A stretch of 60,251 bases of DNA, from the NCBI GenBank assembly GCA_964255285.1, contig CAXUUL010000026.1:1-60251 (forward strand), given 5' to 3'. The notes beneath the pieces were generated by a model that had not been told where the DNA came from, did not search any database, and saw only the letters and a list, made by a program, of their open reading frames with translations. The DNA comes from Ionaspis alba. Taxonomy: Eukaryota. Below, piece by piece: positions 39,049 to 52,502 of this stretch. Position numbers and translations under genes: made by a program. Each line of letters starts with the position of its first letter. Positions within the stretch are counted from its first letter, which is position 1.

Positions 39049-40176
39049 ATGCCATGTACTCTTTACTCAATTCGATTGCCACCTAGAGTCGCTTCTTCGC
39101 TTCTTGCAAAACCGCTCAGTCATTCATCAGTTCCTTTATATATTCCAGAGAAGTTCCGAGGCAAACGAGCAGCTACCTCACTCTCTTTGCTTCGGTCAGG
39201 CCAGCCCGTTCCGAGTGGTTCGGAGTCTAGACACGACAGTCACAGATCTTCACTATGTCTCCGCGGTAGCTACCTTTGCCGACAAGCTACAACCTCCACA
39301 AAGAGAGCTTCTGCTCCACGGAAGTCACACGAAATACCCCAGGAGCCATCGGAGGGAAAGTCTGTTGCAACAAGGATTGCAGATTCTGTCGCCAGTGGGA
39401 AGATACCAATATCTACACCATGGTCTACAACCGCTCGAGAGGCAGGCCAACTAGCCAGACCAAATCCGAGGATAACCGGGTCTACAATCTTGACAATAGA
39501 TCCGGTCCTCCAAATTGGCTCAAGATTGCCATATGGTGAAGGTGTAAGCGGTCAGAGGACAAAGAACATCGAGAATCCTGGATTACAGGCTGGTGAGACC
39601 GCGAGGGAGCTACAGAGGACGGCTGCGAGCAAGTCCAAGTCATCATCAGCGAACGACCCCGATCCTATCCAGCGTAAAGAATGGCAAATCCAAAAGCGTG
39701 CGCTGGCAGAAAAATTTGGTGAAACGGGCTGGAGTCCTCGGAAGCGACTTTCTCCGGACACATTAGAAGGTATACGAGCACTTCATGCGCAATACCCGGA
39801 GGAATTTCCTACGCCCGTACTTGCGGACCGATTCAAGGTCTCGCCGGAAGCGATTCGAAGGATCCTCAAGAGTAAATGGAAACCCAACGAGGAGGAAGAG
39901 GCTAGTCGTCGGCTGAGATGGGACAAACGTGGCGAGACGATCTGGAGCCAGTTGGTAAAACTCGGTATCAAACCGCCCAAGAAATGGAGGGAAATGGGCA
40001 TCGGCAGGAATCGTGGGCCTAGGAAGCCTGCACGCCGCCAGAGACAGGAGGTCGGAGTTTGGGATAGTGCAGAGGATAGACAGGCTTCCTCCATTGAATT
40101 GGTGAATGCTCCAGCTACGTCGCGGCGGGTCAACGGAAGCCTTGGTCAGCCTTCGTTATCCGAACGAATATTGTAG
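39049..40176 (+). CDS. RRG9: Required for respiratory growth protein 9 / neugrin-like, mitochondrial
   Basis: EWQIQKRALAEKF..GWSPRKRLSPD..EGIRALH..TPVLADRFKVSPEAIRRILKSKW. Confidence 0.88.
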   Translation: MPCTLYSIRLPPRVASSLLAKPLSHSSVPLYIPEKFRGKRAATSLSLLRSGQPVPSGSESRHDSHRSSLCLRGSYLCRQATTSTKRASAPRKSHEIPQEPSEGKSVATRIADSVASGKIPISTPWSTTAREAGQLARPNPRITGSTILTIDPVLQIGSRLPYGEGVSGQRTKNIENPGLQAGETARELQRTAASKSKSSSANDPDPIQRKEWQIQKRALAEKFGETGWSPRKRLSPDTLEGIRALHAQYPEEFPTPVLADRFKVSPEAIRRILKSKWKPNEEEEASRRLRWDKRGETIWSQLVKLGIKPPKKWREMGIGRNRGPRKPARRQRQEVGVWDSAEDRQASSIELVNAPATSRRVNGSLGQPSLSERIL

Positions 40177-40600
40177 ATAGTTGTTCAGATCTGTCCAGAG
40201 CATAAAATAATGTTTCCTGTAACCACCGAGATTCGCACGGACGTATAAAATTATGCTGGATGCTATATTAGTTTTGTATTCTCGCGTAAATTGTTTCCCT
40301 GCAAACATATAAGCCGAAAGCAGCATCTTCCCCAACTATCTACCTCAATGACTGACAGGCCACACTTGCTGTAAAGTCGTTACGCATACAAAGCTTTGTA
40401 TCACATTATTCGTATCCAACATGAGGTATGGGCCCGTTGGTGATCAAGTTGAGCAACGTTACCGCTTGTTATTCTCGCCGAGGGCAGAAGCACCTTTCGC
40501 ATTGGCATTGATAGCTTTGTCGTCATGAGTAGCATATTGATTTCATGAATTTCCACGGGATAATTGAGCACAAACCTCCATAACTTGCCTGGCAAATTCA

Positions 40601-43050
40601 ATGTCAAATATCAGAGTGGCCGTATATTGGGAGAATTCCCCAGTGTTTGCAGGAGAGGACGTTGGTTGTGTGATAACATTCAGAAACATTGCTCAGCCCT
40701 CAGAACGTTCAAGATCACCTTCCCCCAACTCGCAGACACGTAGCCTGGGGCCCAGCAGGTATCGTTGGAAGATAAATCCGCCAAACCGCGACAGCACACA
40801 GTCTTCACCATCGATTGCCTCTGGCACAAGAACGACGCCTCGATTGAACGGTCGTAGTCATCGCTCAACCTTGTCGGTGGGCGGAAAACCTACCTCCCCT
40901 CGCATGCTCTCTGGTACCTTCTCGAGCAAGGAGGAAGCTCGGCCGACCGCTGGAAGTGGTAAACACAAGAGATCCGTGTCTATTATCTCCATAGGAGCAA
41001 ATACTACAGCACCCAACGAAGAGGGCCTTGCCAGAATCCTCGAGTCTCCACTCCAGCTTTCAGCAAAGCGCCATGGTCGCGCCGCCAGTATTCATGGGCC
41101 CCATTTGCGGAGTGAGTCGGCCGCAACTAGATTTATAGGGTCTTCCATTGCGCCTTCTCGAGCATTAGGATTGCCAATGTCCAAGCAGAAAGTAATCTCG
41201 ACGTTAGATCCCAAACAGCATCCGACAGCCCCGATATCTGCTAATGCGGACGATCTGGCAATATCTGGGCCTCTTTCATTGAGAACTGTGTCGACTTCAT
41301 CGAACTTGAAACCAAACCAGACGACTGAAGACGTCGAGGAAGCGTCAACCGCGGCCCTGGCCCACAAGTCTCGTGAGCATACAGAGGCACGTAACATTGC
41401 TCGCTGGTCTCCCAGACTCCCTCCCGCTGGGAGTGATAGTGGCACTCCCAGAAGCAGTACAGATTTCTACTCTACCAATAATGATTCTTCGGAGACGCTG
41501 GCCTCGGAATATATAGCACCTGGCTTTATTCGCCCGCCGTTACGAGCCACGCATGAACGCCAGTCGTTGCACCCATCTACGATAATAGGCCAGAGTCAGC
41601 CGCCAGAGGTTCTCATGATGGGTTACGTGCAGCTCTTAGGCTCATTTACGCTTGATGGATCACTGGTAAACCCAGCGCCGTTCGAGGTGATCAAGAGAAA
41701 AGGCGTTATTGGTGGCCAGGGCAGCGGAGGCGTCGTTGGAGTAGAGCCTCTAAAGAGAGACGGCGGCCTCTTGAGCGCTCTGAGTTGGACCAGCATTGGG
41801 GGATCGCTCAATGGACTTCTCGGAAGTCCCGAATTGAGCAGCATTAAGGAAATGAAAGGAATCGCTAATGCTAAGTCGATTCCCATTCTGGCGACTCCAC
41901 AATCAATACTCTTTGTTGACATGAGACTGGCGCCTGGGGAGAGCAAGAGCTACATTTATAGACATAGATTGCCCAGAGGCATTCCACCATCCCACAAGGG
42001 TCGAGCTATGAAAGTCACGTATCAGCTGATCATCGGCTTACAACGTGCCCAACACACTGCACAACAACAGATGATACGGCAGGTGGAAGTCCCGTTCAAG
42101 GTCCTGCCTGGCGTCAATCGTATGGCATATAATGTTTCGCTATCATTGTGCTATGCTAATTCGCCCCAGGTTACGGCGATATCTTCAGTCACGATTTAAT
42201 GCACCCGCACATCATCCTGGATAGCGTCGCTCGCTCAGGAAGCATGGAGAATACGCCAGATCCTCCAGACTTTTTGCAACGCTTCGATAATGCCGAGAGC
42301 ACAGCTTCGTCGCCGGATGAATTTCTAGCATACACGAAAACTTTGTTAGACAGGCCACGACGAAGCTCAAGCCTCGGACTTCTTTCACCAACAGATCCAA
42401 CAACGCCTGGTATACAATACGCAATAATGGATGATCATGTTTCCATGAAAGAAATCATAGATCATGCGATAGTGTCCAGCAACTCCGCCTCATCATCCAA
42501 ACGTAACCCAGCACGCTTCCAAATCCAACGTGGTGGACATCGAGTTGCTGTGATCAAACTAGCTCGCCCGATGTATCGCCTTGGTGAGACGGTAATCGCA
42601 GTGATTGACTTCTGTGGTGCCGAAATCTCGTGTTGCTTTTTACGTGCATCTCTAGAAACGAGCGAAACAATTGAACCGCCAATAGCTTTGAGATCTGCAG
42701 CAAGCGTCAATCGTGCGACGCGCAGAACCTACGCAGACTGGGCGGAATGCGTTATACATTCGGACCGAGCCATCTTCACTTCCATGATTCCGATTTCAGC
42801 AACGCCAGAGTTCAAGACATCTGGCGTATCGCTCGCTTGGAAGCTTCGTTTCGAGTTCATTACCGGTCTCGATAGGGAGAGACTGACTCCACGGTTTTTG
42901 AGGCAGGACAAAGACGATGATAGAGGTACAATTTCTTCGGCTGTGCAAGACATCCCTTGTGAGAGCTTTGAGGTCTCTGTTCCTATCAGAGTGTATGGTG
43001 CTGCCGGAGGAGCTGAGCACCAGAGGGTAGCTAGCGAATGTCCGATCTAA
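40601..43050 (+). CDS. RGP1: Rgp1 family protein (Ric1-Rgp1 Rab6/Ypt6 GEF subunit)
   Basis: VFAGEDVGCVITFRN, LMMGYVQLLGSF, ILATPQSILFVDMRLAPGESKS, TPEFKTSGVSLAWKLRFEF; one intron about 42121-42169. Confidence 0.85.
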
Positions 43051-43800
43051 GTTTCGAGCTTCCATAGCATCAGACATGCTTAAAGGTATCGATCCGCTTT
43101 TCTCCTCGTTCAGCCATCGCGCCTGGTGAACTACATGTCCTGGATTTTGGGCTTGGATCGATGTTTGGATAGAGACACGACAAACCTTTTGAACCTTTTG
43201 GCCCACCGGTTTCTAGTGGCAGAACCTTGATCAGCTCATAGTTGAGCATAGCGACTTCATGTAACTGGAGAGAGATTCATAAATCTACAAGCAGCGGCGT
43301 ATAAGGCTGTATATTGTATCTCTGCATTTCTTGCACTTGAGCAAGCTACTGGCGGTCTGAAATCAGTAGTTCAACGGCGTTGGTGGGACTGATATCCATA
43401 CACTGGGTACATGTAGTTATTTTAATCAACAGACAACCATATATGATTAAGGATCATTGATCCAAACTCGCGTGAACCTAAGCGCTCGTCAAGAAGCGCT
43501 TAGATATTTGCCCGGGCAACGGAAGAAGATACTCCAAGAAAGAACCTGGGAGTACCTCACCCAACATGCTTCCTGATAACCAGAGATGATTTCTCAATAA
43601 TTTGAGTTGTGAAAGCATCTAGACATTCACCACCAACATTGTGCAATCGTTGATACCAATATCCGGCATTTCCCCAGCCAAGGTCGACAATAGGTTTGTT
43701 TGTTCCCGAAGCATGACCAGTGTCAATACTAACCACTGGAATGCAGACAACAGTGCTTAAGGATTGCTTTTTCCGACTTCAGCTGGAGACTCTCATCTGC

Positions 43801-44801
43801 ATGGCTTCCTTCATCACTACGATGTTTGTTCATCTACCCTTCCTAAATTATTCATCTCTGAACCCACAGCCGCCCAAAAGTCTCACATCCCCGTCAGAAT
43901 CACTCCACTTCCTATCAACCTATACTGCACGACCTGCTGTGGCAGAACATGCTTTGATAGAATACTGCTCACATACCACCGACACTAGTAACGCAAGGAC
44001 GAGAGGCCAGTTCAAGCCGCGTAACGCCAACAAAGGGACGAGCAGCTACCAGCTCCGGCAGTTCGCAGAGGCCACACTCGGGAGTGGCAGTCTTCGGAAG
44101 GCAGTCAAGCTACCTGACGGCGAAGATCTGAATGAATGGCTTGCAGTCAACGGTATGACTCTGGAGCTTCCAGCACGTATTTGAGCTTAGCAAGGACTGA
44201 ATCAGTGCAGTGGTGGACTTCTATAACCAGATTAATCTGCTCTATGGTTCGATCACGGAATTCTGCTCTCCACAGTCATGCCCTGAAATGAAAGCAACGG
44301 ACGAGTATTTACCCATGTTCTGGGGAAAGAGTGATGGGATACGATGACTGATTGGCCGTACCAGATTCGAATACCTCTGGCAGGATTCTGAGGACTATAA
44401 GCGGCCTACGAAAATGCCAGCGCCGGAATACGTGGAGCATCTGATGGGCTGGGTGCAGAGTAACGTCGACAATGAGCAGATGTTTCCGAGCAGGATTGGT
44501 GAGTGACTTCTTCTTTGCGCGTAAATCGACGTTGTTCGTGGTCTGATCACCAACCGTAGGAGTGCCATTCCCGAAGACGTTCCCAACACTGATCCGACAA
44601 CTCTTTAAACGCTTATATCGCGTCTATGCTCACATGTACTGTCACCATTACCCTGTCATTGTGCAGCTCGGACTCGAGCCGCATTTAAATACCAGCTTCA
44701 AGCACTATGTCCTATTCATTGATGAGCACACCCTCGCTAGTGGCAAGGATTTTTGGGGTCCACTGGGAGATCTGGTTGATAGCATGCTGAGAAGCGATTG
44801 A
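43801..44801 (+). CDS. MOB1: MOB kinase activator
   Basis: [67 protein letters not shown]; four introns. Confidence 0.95.
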
Positions 44802-45182
44802 TCCATCGTAGCGAAAGGACGGGACCCGTCGACCTCTACATCGAAGAGTCCTGTTTATCGCGTGGAGTGTGACTAACTTGACTAGGGACAGAGATCGATG
44901 ACTATGATGTTCAGATGGAAGGATACCCTAACTAGTGCCATGATAGTGTAAATAGTTAGGTATAAAATAAGCTCGAAAGTGCAAGAGTAGAAAAAGACTT
45001 TCATTGAGCCTCATCTAATTTAACGTCACATCCAAACTATGATTCATACCTTGAATTGTACACGATCGGTCACTATGCTACGTTGCACCCCGCGCTATGC
45101 AATCTTCCCATCTCAGCCTTTCGTGCTACAGGCTAAGAACTCAAACTCGTCACATAGTGGACGAGAGAGGCTGCAAAGGACT

Positions 45183-46734
45183 TCAAATTACTCCGAAATT
45201 CCGCAAGACTCCTCGAGCGAGCGTAAAGCCAGCGTAAGTTAGAGCAAGAATTAGCCCACTTCCAACCACGAGAGCCTGCAGATTTCTCGTTTCAATACCG
45301 GACTGTTGAATTCCACTCTTATCACCATCCTCCTTCTGGGTGGTTTTGTGCAGATCGGGGATATACTTGAAATCAAAATTGCTTTCTTGCCGGAGACCGT
45401 GCTTCCCATCCACAATAACCGTCCAGAACACTTTCCGTAACGTCTGAGAATCGTCAGCATGCTCAAATACTCTACGCTCGCTGTGGGTCTCACGGAAATT
45501 TTCCTCGAATCCAGGTAAGGTATTGACCTATATGTATAACAAATGGCCATAAAGAACAGACACTGCCCGGCCATGAGAGCCCAATAGTATATGCCTGGTC
45601 GACCAAGGCCAAGTCGATCGCACAGCTCATTGCCGTTCAAGAACCGGCTTTGAGCTTCGAGAAAGGATCGCGACGCGTAGCTCGGGGCTTGTCCCTCAAG
45701 ACACTCGATGATGTTGTTGGCAAGAATTTTCGAGGTCTCTGTTGGGTTGATTTCGTACAGGAGAAGAGACTCCATGATCAGTCGTGCCTTCTCCGGAGAA
45801 GCAAGGTGGTCCGTCGGTGTGCCGCACAGGTACCCAATGTACCGGAACAAAGCAACATAATCGACGATCTCTTGTTCTCGTAGCCAGATTCCTTGTCGCG
45901 GGAGTGCGAGCCATACCAGCGTGGCAGAGAAGGTTCCTATTGTTGCTATACAGTCGAGATCGTTGATAGGGATCCCCCATTCGTCGATGTGGTAGTAGTC
46001 CGCTCTCACCTTTGCCAGCTTCACAATCCGCTGGCGCACTGCAGCATGAAGCAATCGGACCCTGATGGAGGATGCGAACCCGTCACCCCCGGGCTGTATG
46101 GATTCCAAGGATCGTGTGCATTGCAGGATATGCTGAGTGGTTTCAAAAAGCCGACTTCGAGCAACCTTAGTAGAGAATCCTCCGGTCCGAGCCAGAGTCT
46201 CGACGACACGGTTTGCCCCCTAAGAGCAACAACTCAGCGAACGTGCAACCATTGGAAAGGCGGTGTCGGGTACGGTACCATGCCTCCAAGGAGGCTTTGA
46301 AAAGCCAGGCCGGTCAGGGCAGGACCTCCGTACCGATAGAAGACATCTTGGCCACGGGCGATTTGGTCCCACTCGACCCAAGAGGGAACAGTGTTGACTT
46401 CCTGCCACAACTTTCCGAGGACATCATCCGTGGCGGAGTGGTCCCGTAGCAAGACATACAAATCTCGTTTTGCAGTTTTGGGGGGCTGCTCCGTGGCGAC
46501 GTGGGCATTGAGTTCGGCCGCTGCATATTTGCTAGAATTTCGAGGCAGGGCAGACCGCGGTGGAGGGGAGATGATGTTCAGTCTATCTAGCGCTTCTTCT
46601 CCAAGCCGATCGTAAGAGAACTTCATAGGGTTCATCTGGGCTGGAGTAAGATGGTCAGGGGTAAGCTGGAAGGTATAACCCCAGCACGTACGGGTGTTCT
46701 CATCGTGATGTTCGAAGAGACTGGGCCATGCCAT
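45183..46734 (-). CDS. ER-bound oxygenase mpaB / DUF2236 (Lcp-like) domain protein
   Basis: PSWVEWDQIARGQDVFYRY, RLFETTQH, GFASSIRVRLLHAAVR, WGIPINDLDCIATI; two introns. Confidence 0.8.
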
Positions 46735-47588
46735 CTCCGGGCGAATGCTTCTGGACGGAAGAGTGAAGAAAGAGCAGACAGAACCAAACTGGAAGGCGGA
46801 TGAGTTGTACAATAATGATAACCGTTCAAAGTGTATTATGGAAAGACAGATTGTACTGATCGATTACTGGTAGATACCGATCTGGTGTTGAAAGCTCCAG
46901 GTTGCGGCGGGGCAGCTTGATGGGCGTCATCGATATGATAGAACCGCAACCGGACAACGTAGCGGCATATTGCAACCACCACAAACGCCAGAAAGGGGAC
47001 GAGAGGCGATAGTTTGAGCTATACCCACTGACAGGATTGGTGATATCTGACAACATAATACGAGTGACTGGGTCTTTCGTTGCCATCGTACGGTCCCTCG
47101 AGTTTACTCTAAGAGCGCCGTGCCATCCTTCGGTGCATGACGTCAAGCCTACAGGCAATCCACCATAGCCTTACCCTCTTAGGCGCAGTAGTACCTCTGG
47201 TCCACAACGTATCTGATACCTATCCTGATCTGCTTAGCGTGACTATCTTACTGCCGATTCCTCAGAGATGGCTTGTGTTTGGGAATACCTGCTTACGACC
47301 ACACTTGCCCTTGAGACATCTTAGTAGGCTAGGCACTGTTCAGACCCATGTTGCAGAGGTATCATATGTATCCGGTGGGAAGCTCAAAGTGATGGATGTG
47401 AGGCATGTTTTAATCGACCCATTGCAGCTTAAAGGGTACCAGATCGAGTCACGAAATATCTTAGTTTTAGGTTAATCCTAGAAAGGCTTGATCAAAGGTG
47501 GGCGAGGTATGAGACGCACGCTGTAACTAGAGTTGATTCGGTCATAGCTAGCAGTGTCGTGCAAGCAAGGCAAAAACCTCTCTGCGAC

Positions 47589-50500
47589 TCAGCCCATACC
47601 CGCTTGCTCAGTGGTTGCATCGGGCTCGTTTGTGCTGACAGCGTCACCGGGACATTCGAGGTCCTTCCGTTGCTTGACCATACTTATAGCAACTTTCTCC
47701 TCCACCATTTGCGCCAATCTGTCGGAGTACTGATCGAGCAGGTCGCCAACGACAGTCTCGCTGGGGGCCTGGTGTCGCCTGGTCTTCTGACTGATCGCCC
47801 GTAACGTGAGGTGCATCTCTCGTTCCAAGTCTGTCATTGTCTCTCGCCTCACGGCTTCTTCCGTGCTCGATAATTTCTTGCGCCAGCTGCGAAGAGACTT
47901 ACACAGCTGCTCACTGCTCATATCCAGATCGTTAGAATGGCTGGCGCTCTTCGTGCGATGCCGATCGCTAAGGTCCGGCTTCGAACGTTCGGTTATTTGG
48001 CTCCTGGGCCTCTGCGGAGAAGGTGAGCCAGGCAAAGAGTCACCCCGGCCTGGGTAGGCTGAGGGCGTGATTACCGATTTCGAAGCCCGTCCCAGCGATG
48101 CCGTCGAGAGTTGTTTACGCAGCCGAGTAGGCGAGGAATGCTTGGTTGGTGTCACCGCCATTGGCAAACTGTCATCCGCGCCAAACGATCTTTTAAATTC
48201 CGAGAGCTTCGACCTCGATAATATGTGTCTCAAAGGCTGGCTCGTTGCCGGCGACCTGTCGTGCGGTATCGCAAGATCGCTTACATCGACAACGTTATTC
48301 GTGCTTTGCTTCAGGCTCCAGATCATGGTGGTACTGTCAAATGCAGTACTCACCAGTGAATACTCCGAGCCGCGCTCTTTACCTTTCCCGGGCAGTATGG
48401 CAATGTCACTTATACCCTCCGAATGCCCAAAGTCTTTGGAAATAGTCATACCTGTCTCAAGACTGTGCACTCGAACAGATTTGTCAATTGGCGAGACACC
48501 AACGAGGATTGCAACGGCTCCGGCTGTGGTTTGCACGTTCTGGGTTTTGATGGAATTCAGTAATACAGAGTCGTTGGTTTCGTTGTCCAAGAGACGCATG
48601 CTATGCAGCTGTTGGCCGGAATTGATATCGTATTTGTGGATCTGGCGATCTAGCGTTGACACGACCAAGATACTGCTGGCTTCACATAACATTGTCATCG
48701 ACGTGGGAGCTGCCTTTAGTGTTATGATCCTTGCGGGAATGAATGCCATTGAGTCCTTCGAATCGGCTAGTTTATGTACTACGATGGTGCGATCAGTAGA
48801 TAAAGATAGAAGAGTGTTACTTCCAGCCACAAATTGGACCTGGTTCACAGAGCTTGTGTGCTGGTCAATGGTTTGTAATAAGGCCAATTCGGATGACTGC
48901 TTCCAAAATATTTGTACGGTATGATCGCGGCCTCCACTGGCGACGATTTGGCTGAGGCCATTGTCCGTGATTGAGATAGCGTTGACCTCTCCCAAATGTG
49001 CTTTGATGCAATATAGATCGCTCCAAGTCAAACCAATGAAGAGTCTATTGGATTAGCGCCATGATCATCGTATCTGCATGAAAATTAGTCGTACCGTAGG
49101 TTCCCTGAACTATCGCCCGCAACAAGATAGTCCCCCTTTGGTGAGCCCTTCACCACCCGCAGCTCGTTGGGTTCTTGGTCATGGTCGAGGTACGCCTGCC
49201 CGAGAGGGAGCTCGAGTGCCAGCATGCGGAGACCCTTTTTTGACCAAAAGAAAACCATACAATCTGCTGACCAGGTGAAGAAGTCACTTTCATAGACATT
49301 CGGTTGAGGCAAAGTATCAACACCAAGGACAGCAGAGCTGTGCGCTGGAAGTTCCTTCACCAGGGTGTTTGTGGCAGGTTCAAGACTATTATCCACACTT
49401 TTGCGAAGGGCAGTGTGATGCGATTGAGTAACAATGATTATATGACCCGCAGTGTAGCCAATCGCTGTACATCCAACCGGGGCTGTTGAAGAGACCGACG
49501 TATCACCCTTGACATTAGACGCAAGCTGCGAATTTCCTACCGAAAAACCTTCTTCCAGTGACAGACCATTGATGGATATTGATTTCACTTCAGCGTCGTT
49601 CCGTCCGAGCCACAACCTGCCTGCTTCTGGATCAAGAACCAGGCATCTGATCCCGGAATCGTGACGGCCAACCTGATAGATTTTTTGCATACGATCAGTA
49701 TCATCAAGAAGGCAGACAGCTCCATCATCGGTACAGATGATTGCTTTCGAGTTCGACAGTGACGCAACGCAAGTGAACGTAGCGTCGATTAGAGAACCTA
49801 GAAGACAATTTCTGCCGAAAAAAGCCCTCGACCCAGGGCTTGCTGGTACACGAGCTTCCACGACACCATGTCTGAACTTGGATTTAGAGGGGCTTACCGG
49901 TGCGCTGGCGTCCTCAACCCGCCATACTCTGACATGGCGGGTGCCGACGCTAATCACACTGTCTCCCATCCAGGCTAGATCATGTACGAAAGATGTACAT
50001 TTGTTGCTCGAGTGGAGCTTAGCACTGCCATTTCTAGGATTGATTGCCCACAAAAAGGCAAAGTTGTCATGAATACCTCCAATGCTGGCCAGCCAGTGCG
50101 AGTCTTGTGAGAAGGCAAGGCATCGAACACCCAAGGCATGCTCCGTGAGACATGCGAGTGGAACAGCATAATGATTATCAGAAACAGTGGAGAATATCAG
50201 TATACGTGGACTGTAGCCCGTCTGCTAACATCAGTCTCCAGCCGGGATATTTCTGGCGACATTCCCTCACCTCGCCTACTGCCAGTAGTCTGCCATCTTT
50301 ACTTAGCGCCACACAGCTTGCGGTTCTGGTCCTCGCACGCGCATTGACTTTGCTTGGTGAGATTTCCTGGTCCAGAAATGTAGACAACGAGGGCCGTCCA
50401 CCATACCTCCTCGACTTCGACGATCCTAAACGTGGACTGCGACGTTTTGACAATCTCGAACTGTCAGGCGAATTGTGCAGCGAGCTCACACTTCCTCCTG

Positions 50501-50813
50501 GTAGAAACTTCGAAGTCGCTCGAAAAAACGTCTGTGTGATCTCGAGGTTTTCGCTGATGCGGGAAACCACGGCCACAGATCCGGCACACGTGGCATAGGA
50601 TGAGCCATTGGGAGAGTAATCAAACCCAGCAGGTGAGGTTGCAGTTGTCCCAAGCACTCTTTTAAGAGATACATGGAGTCCCGAATGCACTTGGCTGGCC
50701 TTGTTGAGAGTTTGATAAGTCTGGATATCGAGTAGGCTCAACCGCGGCGTTAGGTTCAATGCTGATGGTGTATCTGAAGGAGTTGCCCACAAGGCCGGAG
50801 GATTCGAAGCCAT
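47589..50813 (-). CDS. WD40 repeat protein, WDR62/MAPKBP1-like
   Basis: LKRVLGTT, multiple WD repeats (VRCLAFSQDSHWLASIG, SVGTRHVRVW, ASGGRDHTVQIF), Ser/Pro-rich tail with coiled end; two introns. Confidence 0.8.
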
Positions 50814-51192
50814 TGACCGAGGAAGGCTGATGTGGGAACAGGAACCCCACTATTTGATAGATCTCCCCCTCTTTTTACATTATCAACGTGAGGAACGAAC
50901 AATGACAACAAACATTGATGCACACAATGAACCGGCTTTTAAGCCAATAAGATGCGAACTAGGTTAGGTAATCTCAGAAACGCATTCGACGAATATTAGC
51001 TACCGACCAGGAAGGCGAGCGCTGTAATCGATTGCTCTTAATCCATCACTCTCCACGAGATGCCTACAACCGTTTGTTGACATAATGGAGAGAGGTGGCG
51101 CACGAAGTTCTAAACCATCGGCTAAAACTACCTACTCGTTTTCATGGGTCCGAGGGATGGGATTAAAGTCGTGGCTTGAACAAACGAATTTA

Positions 51193-51363
51193 CAGTTGCC
51201 AGGGAAAGTTACGTTAGTAAGTGGCTCAGTTATGCAGTGCTGTTTTACGCATCCAGCAGTATACTGCAGAACGCGAACAGCAATTTACAGCATGAATATA
51301 GCAGCATAAAACCAGCAACGCCAAGCTAAGCCAGTGTACTAACGTAACTTTCCCTGGCAACTG
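51193..51363. mobile_element. 171-bp Tc1/mariner-type MITE
   Basis: Perfect 27-bp TIR CAGTTGCCAGGGAAAGTTACGTTAGTA at both ends, TA on both flanks (51191-51192, 51364-51365); imperfect pairing continues inward. Confidence 0.92.
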
Positions 51364-51891
51364 TATAACCCAGAAATTTCTGTTTGTTGGAATTGACTCG
51401 ACAGCCATCTGACTGTATCAAGACCTGAATTGTACAATACAAATTTGTCAAAATATTTTATGAGTAGTTTTTGTTGAGTCGATATTGTGGCAAATGCAAG
51501 AATGAATTAATTTTGGGCATAGTTTTGTCAGGGGCTGACCATCCTCCAGCTTCTCGTAACTGGCCTAGCGCCTTGGCTACGCCTACAAATGTTGTTCTTT
51601 AGCAATTAGTCATCCTATAATATATCTCACATTGTCGCATATCCTCAAGATCTACCCTTTTCCATAGGGAAGAAAGCTAGTGACTAACAGATCAGGTATA
51701 GTGCCGCTCCCACACAAATTTAGGTAGTGGAGGCAAATTTCCACCCCTGCAAGAATTTTTGTTTTGTTTTACTAAGCATTTTACATCATTTTCAGGACTT
51801 TTTGTAATCTTTACACCTCCTGATAACAGTTACCGTCCGGGTTATTTTTTTCATGTAAACTTAGATCCCTAATCAGAACTCCTTACCCTGT

Positions 51892-51972
51892 CACGCGGTT
51901 TACAAAAAGAGCGGTATACTGCTACTAGGCGAGACCGCACCCAACTGTACCGGTTTTTTTGCAAACCGTGCG
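51892..51972. repeat. Short degenerate inverted repeat
   Basis: CACGCGGTTTACAAAAAGAGCGGTATA versus TGTACCGGTTTTTTGCAAACCGTGCG; mismatches mostly transitions. Confidence 0.55.
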
Positions 51973-52502
51973 CCCGTCAAGATCAGCTGACCCATAGAAG
52001 ACCGAACGACTTCAGCCAGTCGAGCCGCCCGATAGTTGGGAGTTGACTTAGGGTGGACGATCGCGCAAATTAGAGGGACTCTGATCATAGGACGCCCTCG
52101 AAGCGAGTAGCCGGCCCTGGCCAGAATTTGCGCACCTGCTTGGTAAAACCATTAAAGTAAGGAAATCCGAGTTGGATCGGATCAACTTATCATTAAAACA
52201 ACAGGGAAGACGAAATGGGAGTCTCGTACAATCCTGTATCGTTTGGACTCCACCGTCTACAAAGCTAAAGTCAACCTGCTTTAAAAACAGAAATTCGTAA
52301 GATGGCTGATGCTATCTACAATATCTGGTTAGCCAGAACAAAGACTTCCTGTAACTCACCGCTCCTCAGAATAGCAACCGTAGAAAAACATGACATACTC
52401 GCATCAATCCACATCATCGTCGAGCTCCGATTGCAATACACTCGATAGACGATGGAAAATAAGTGCCGTACCTCGATACTTGCAAGGATTCCAGAGGAGA
52501 TT

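Noticed and set aside
43478..43503. Palindrome CTAAGCGCT-N8-AGCGCTTAG upstream of MOB1
   Set aside because: Isolated 9-bp stem with no TSD or second copy; could be a binding site but unsupported.
48067..48924. 285-aa plus-strand ORF (and similar antisense ORFs over RFC1, DCL2, PRE8 and RGP1)
   Set aside because: Antisense shadows of real coding exons with no independent motifs.
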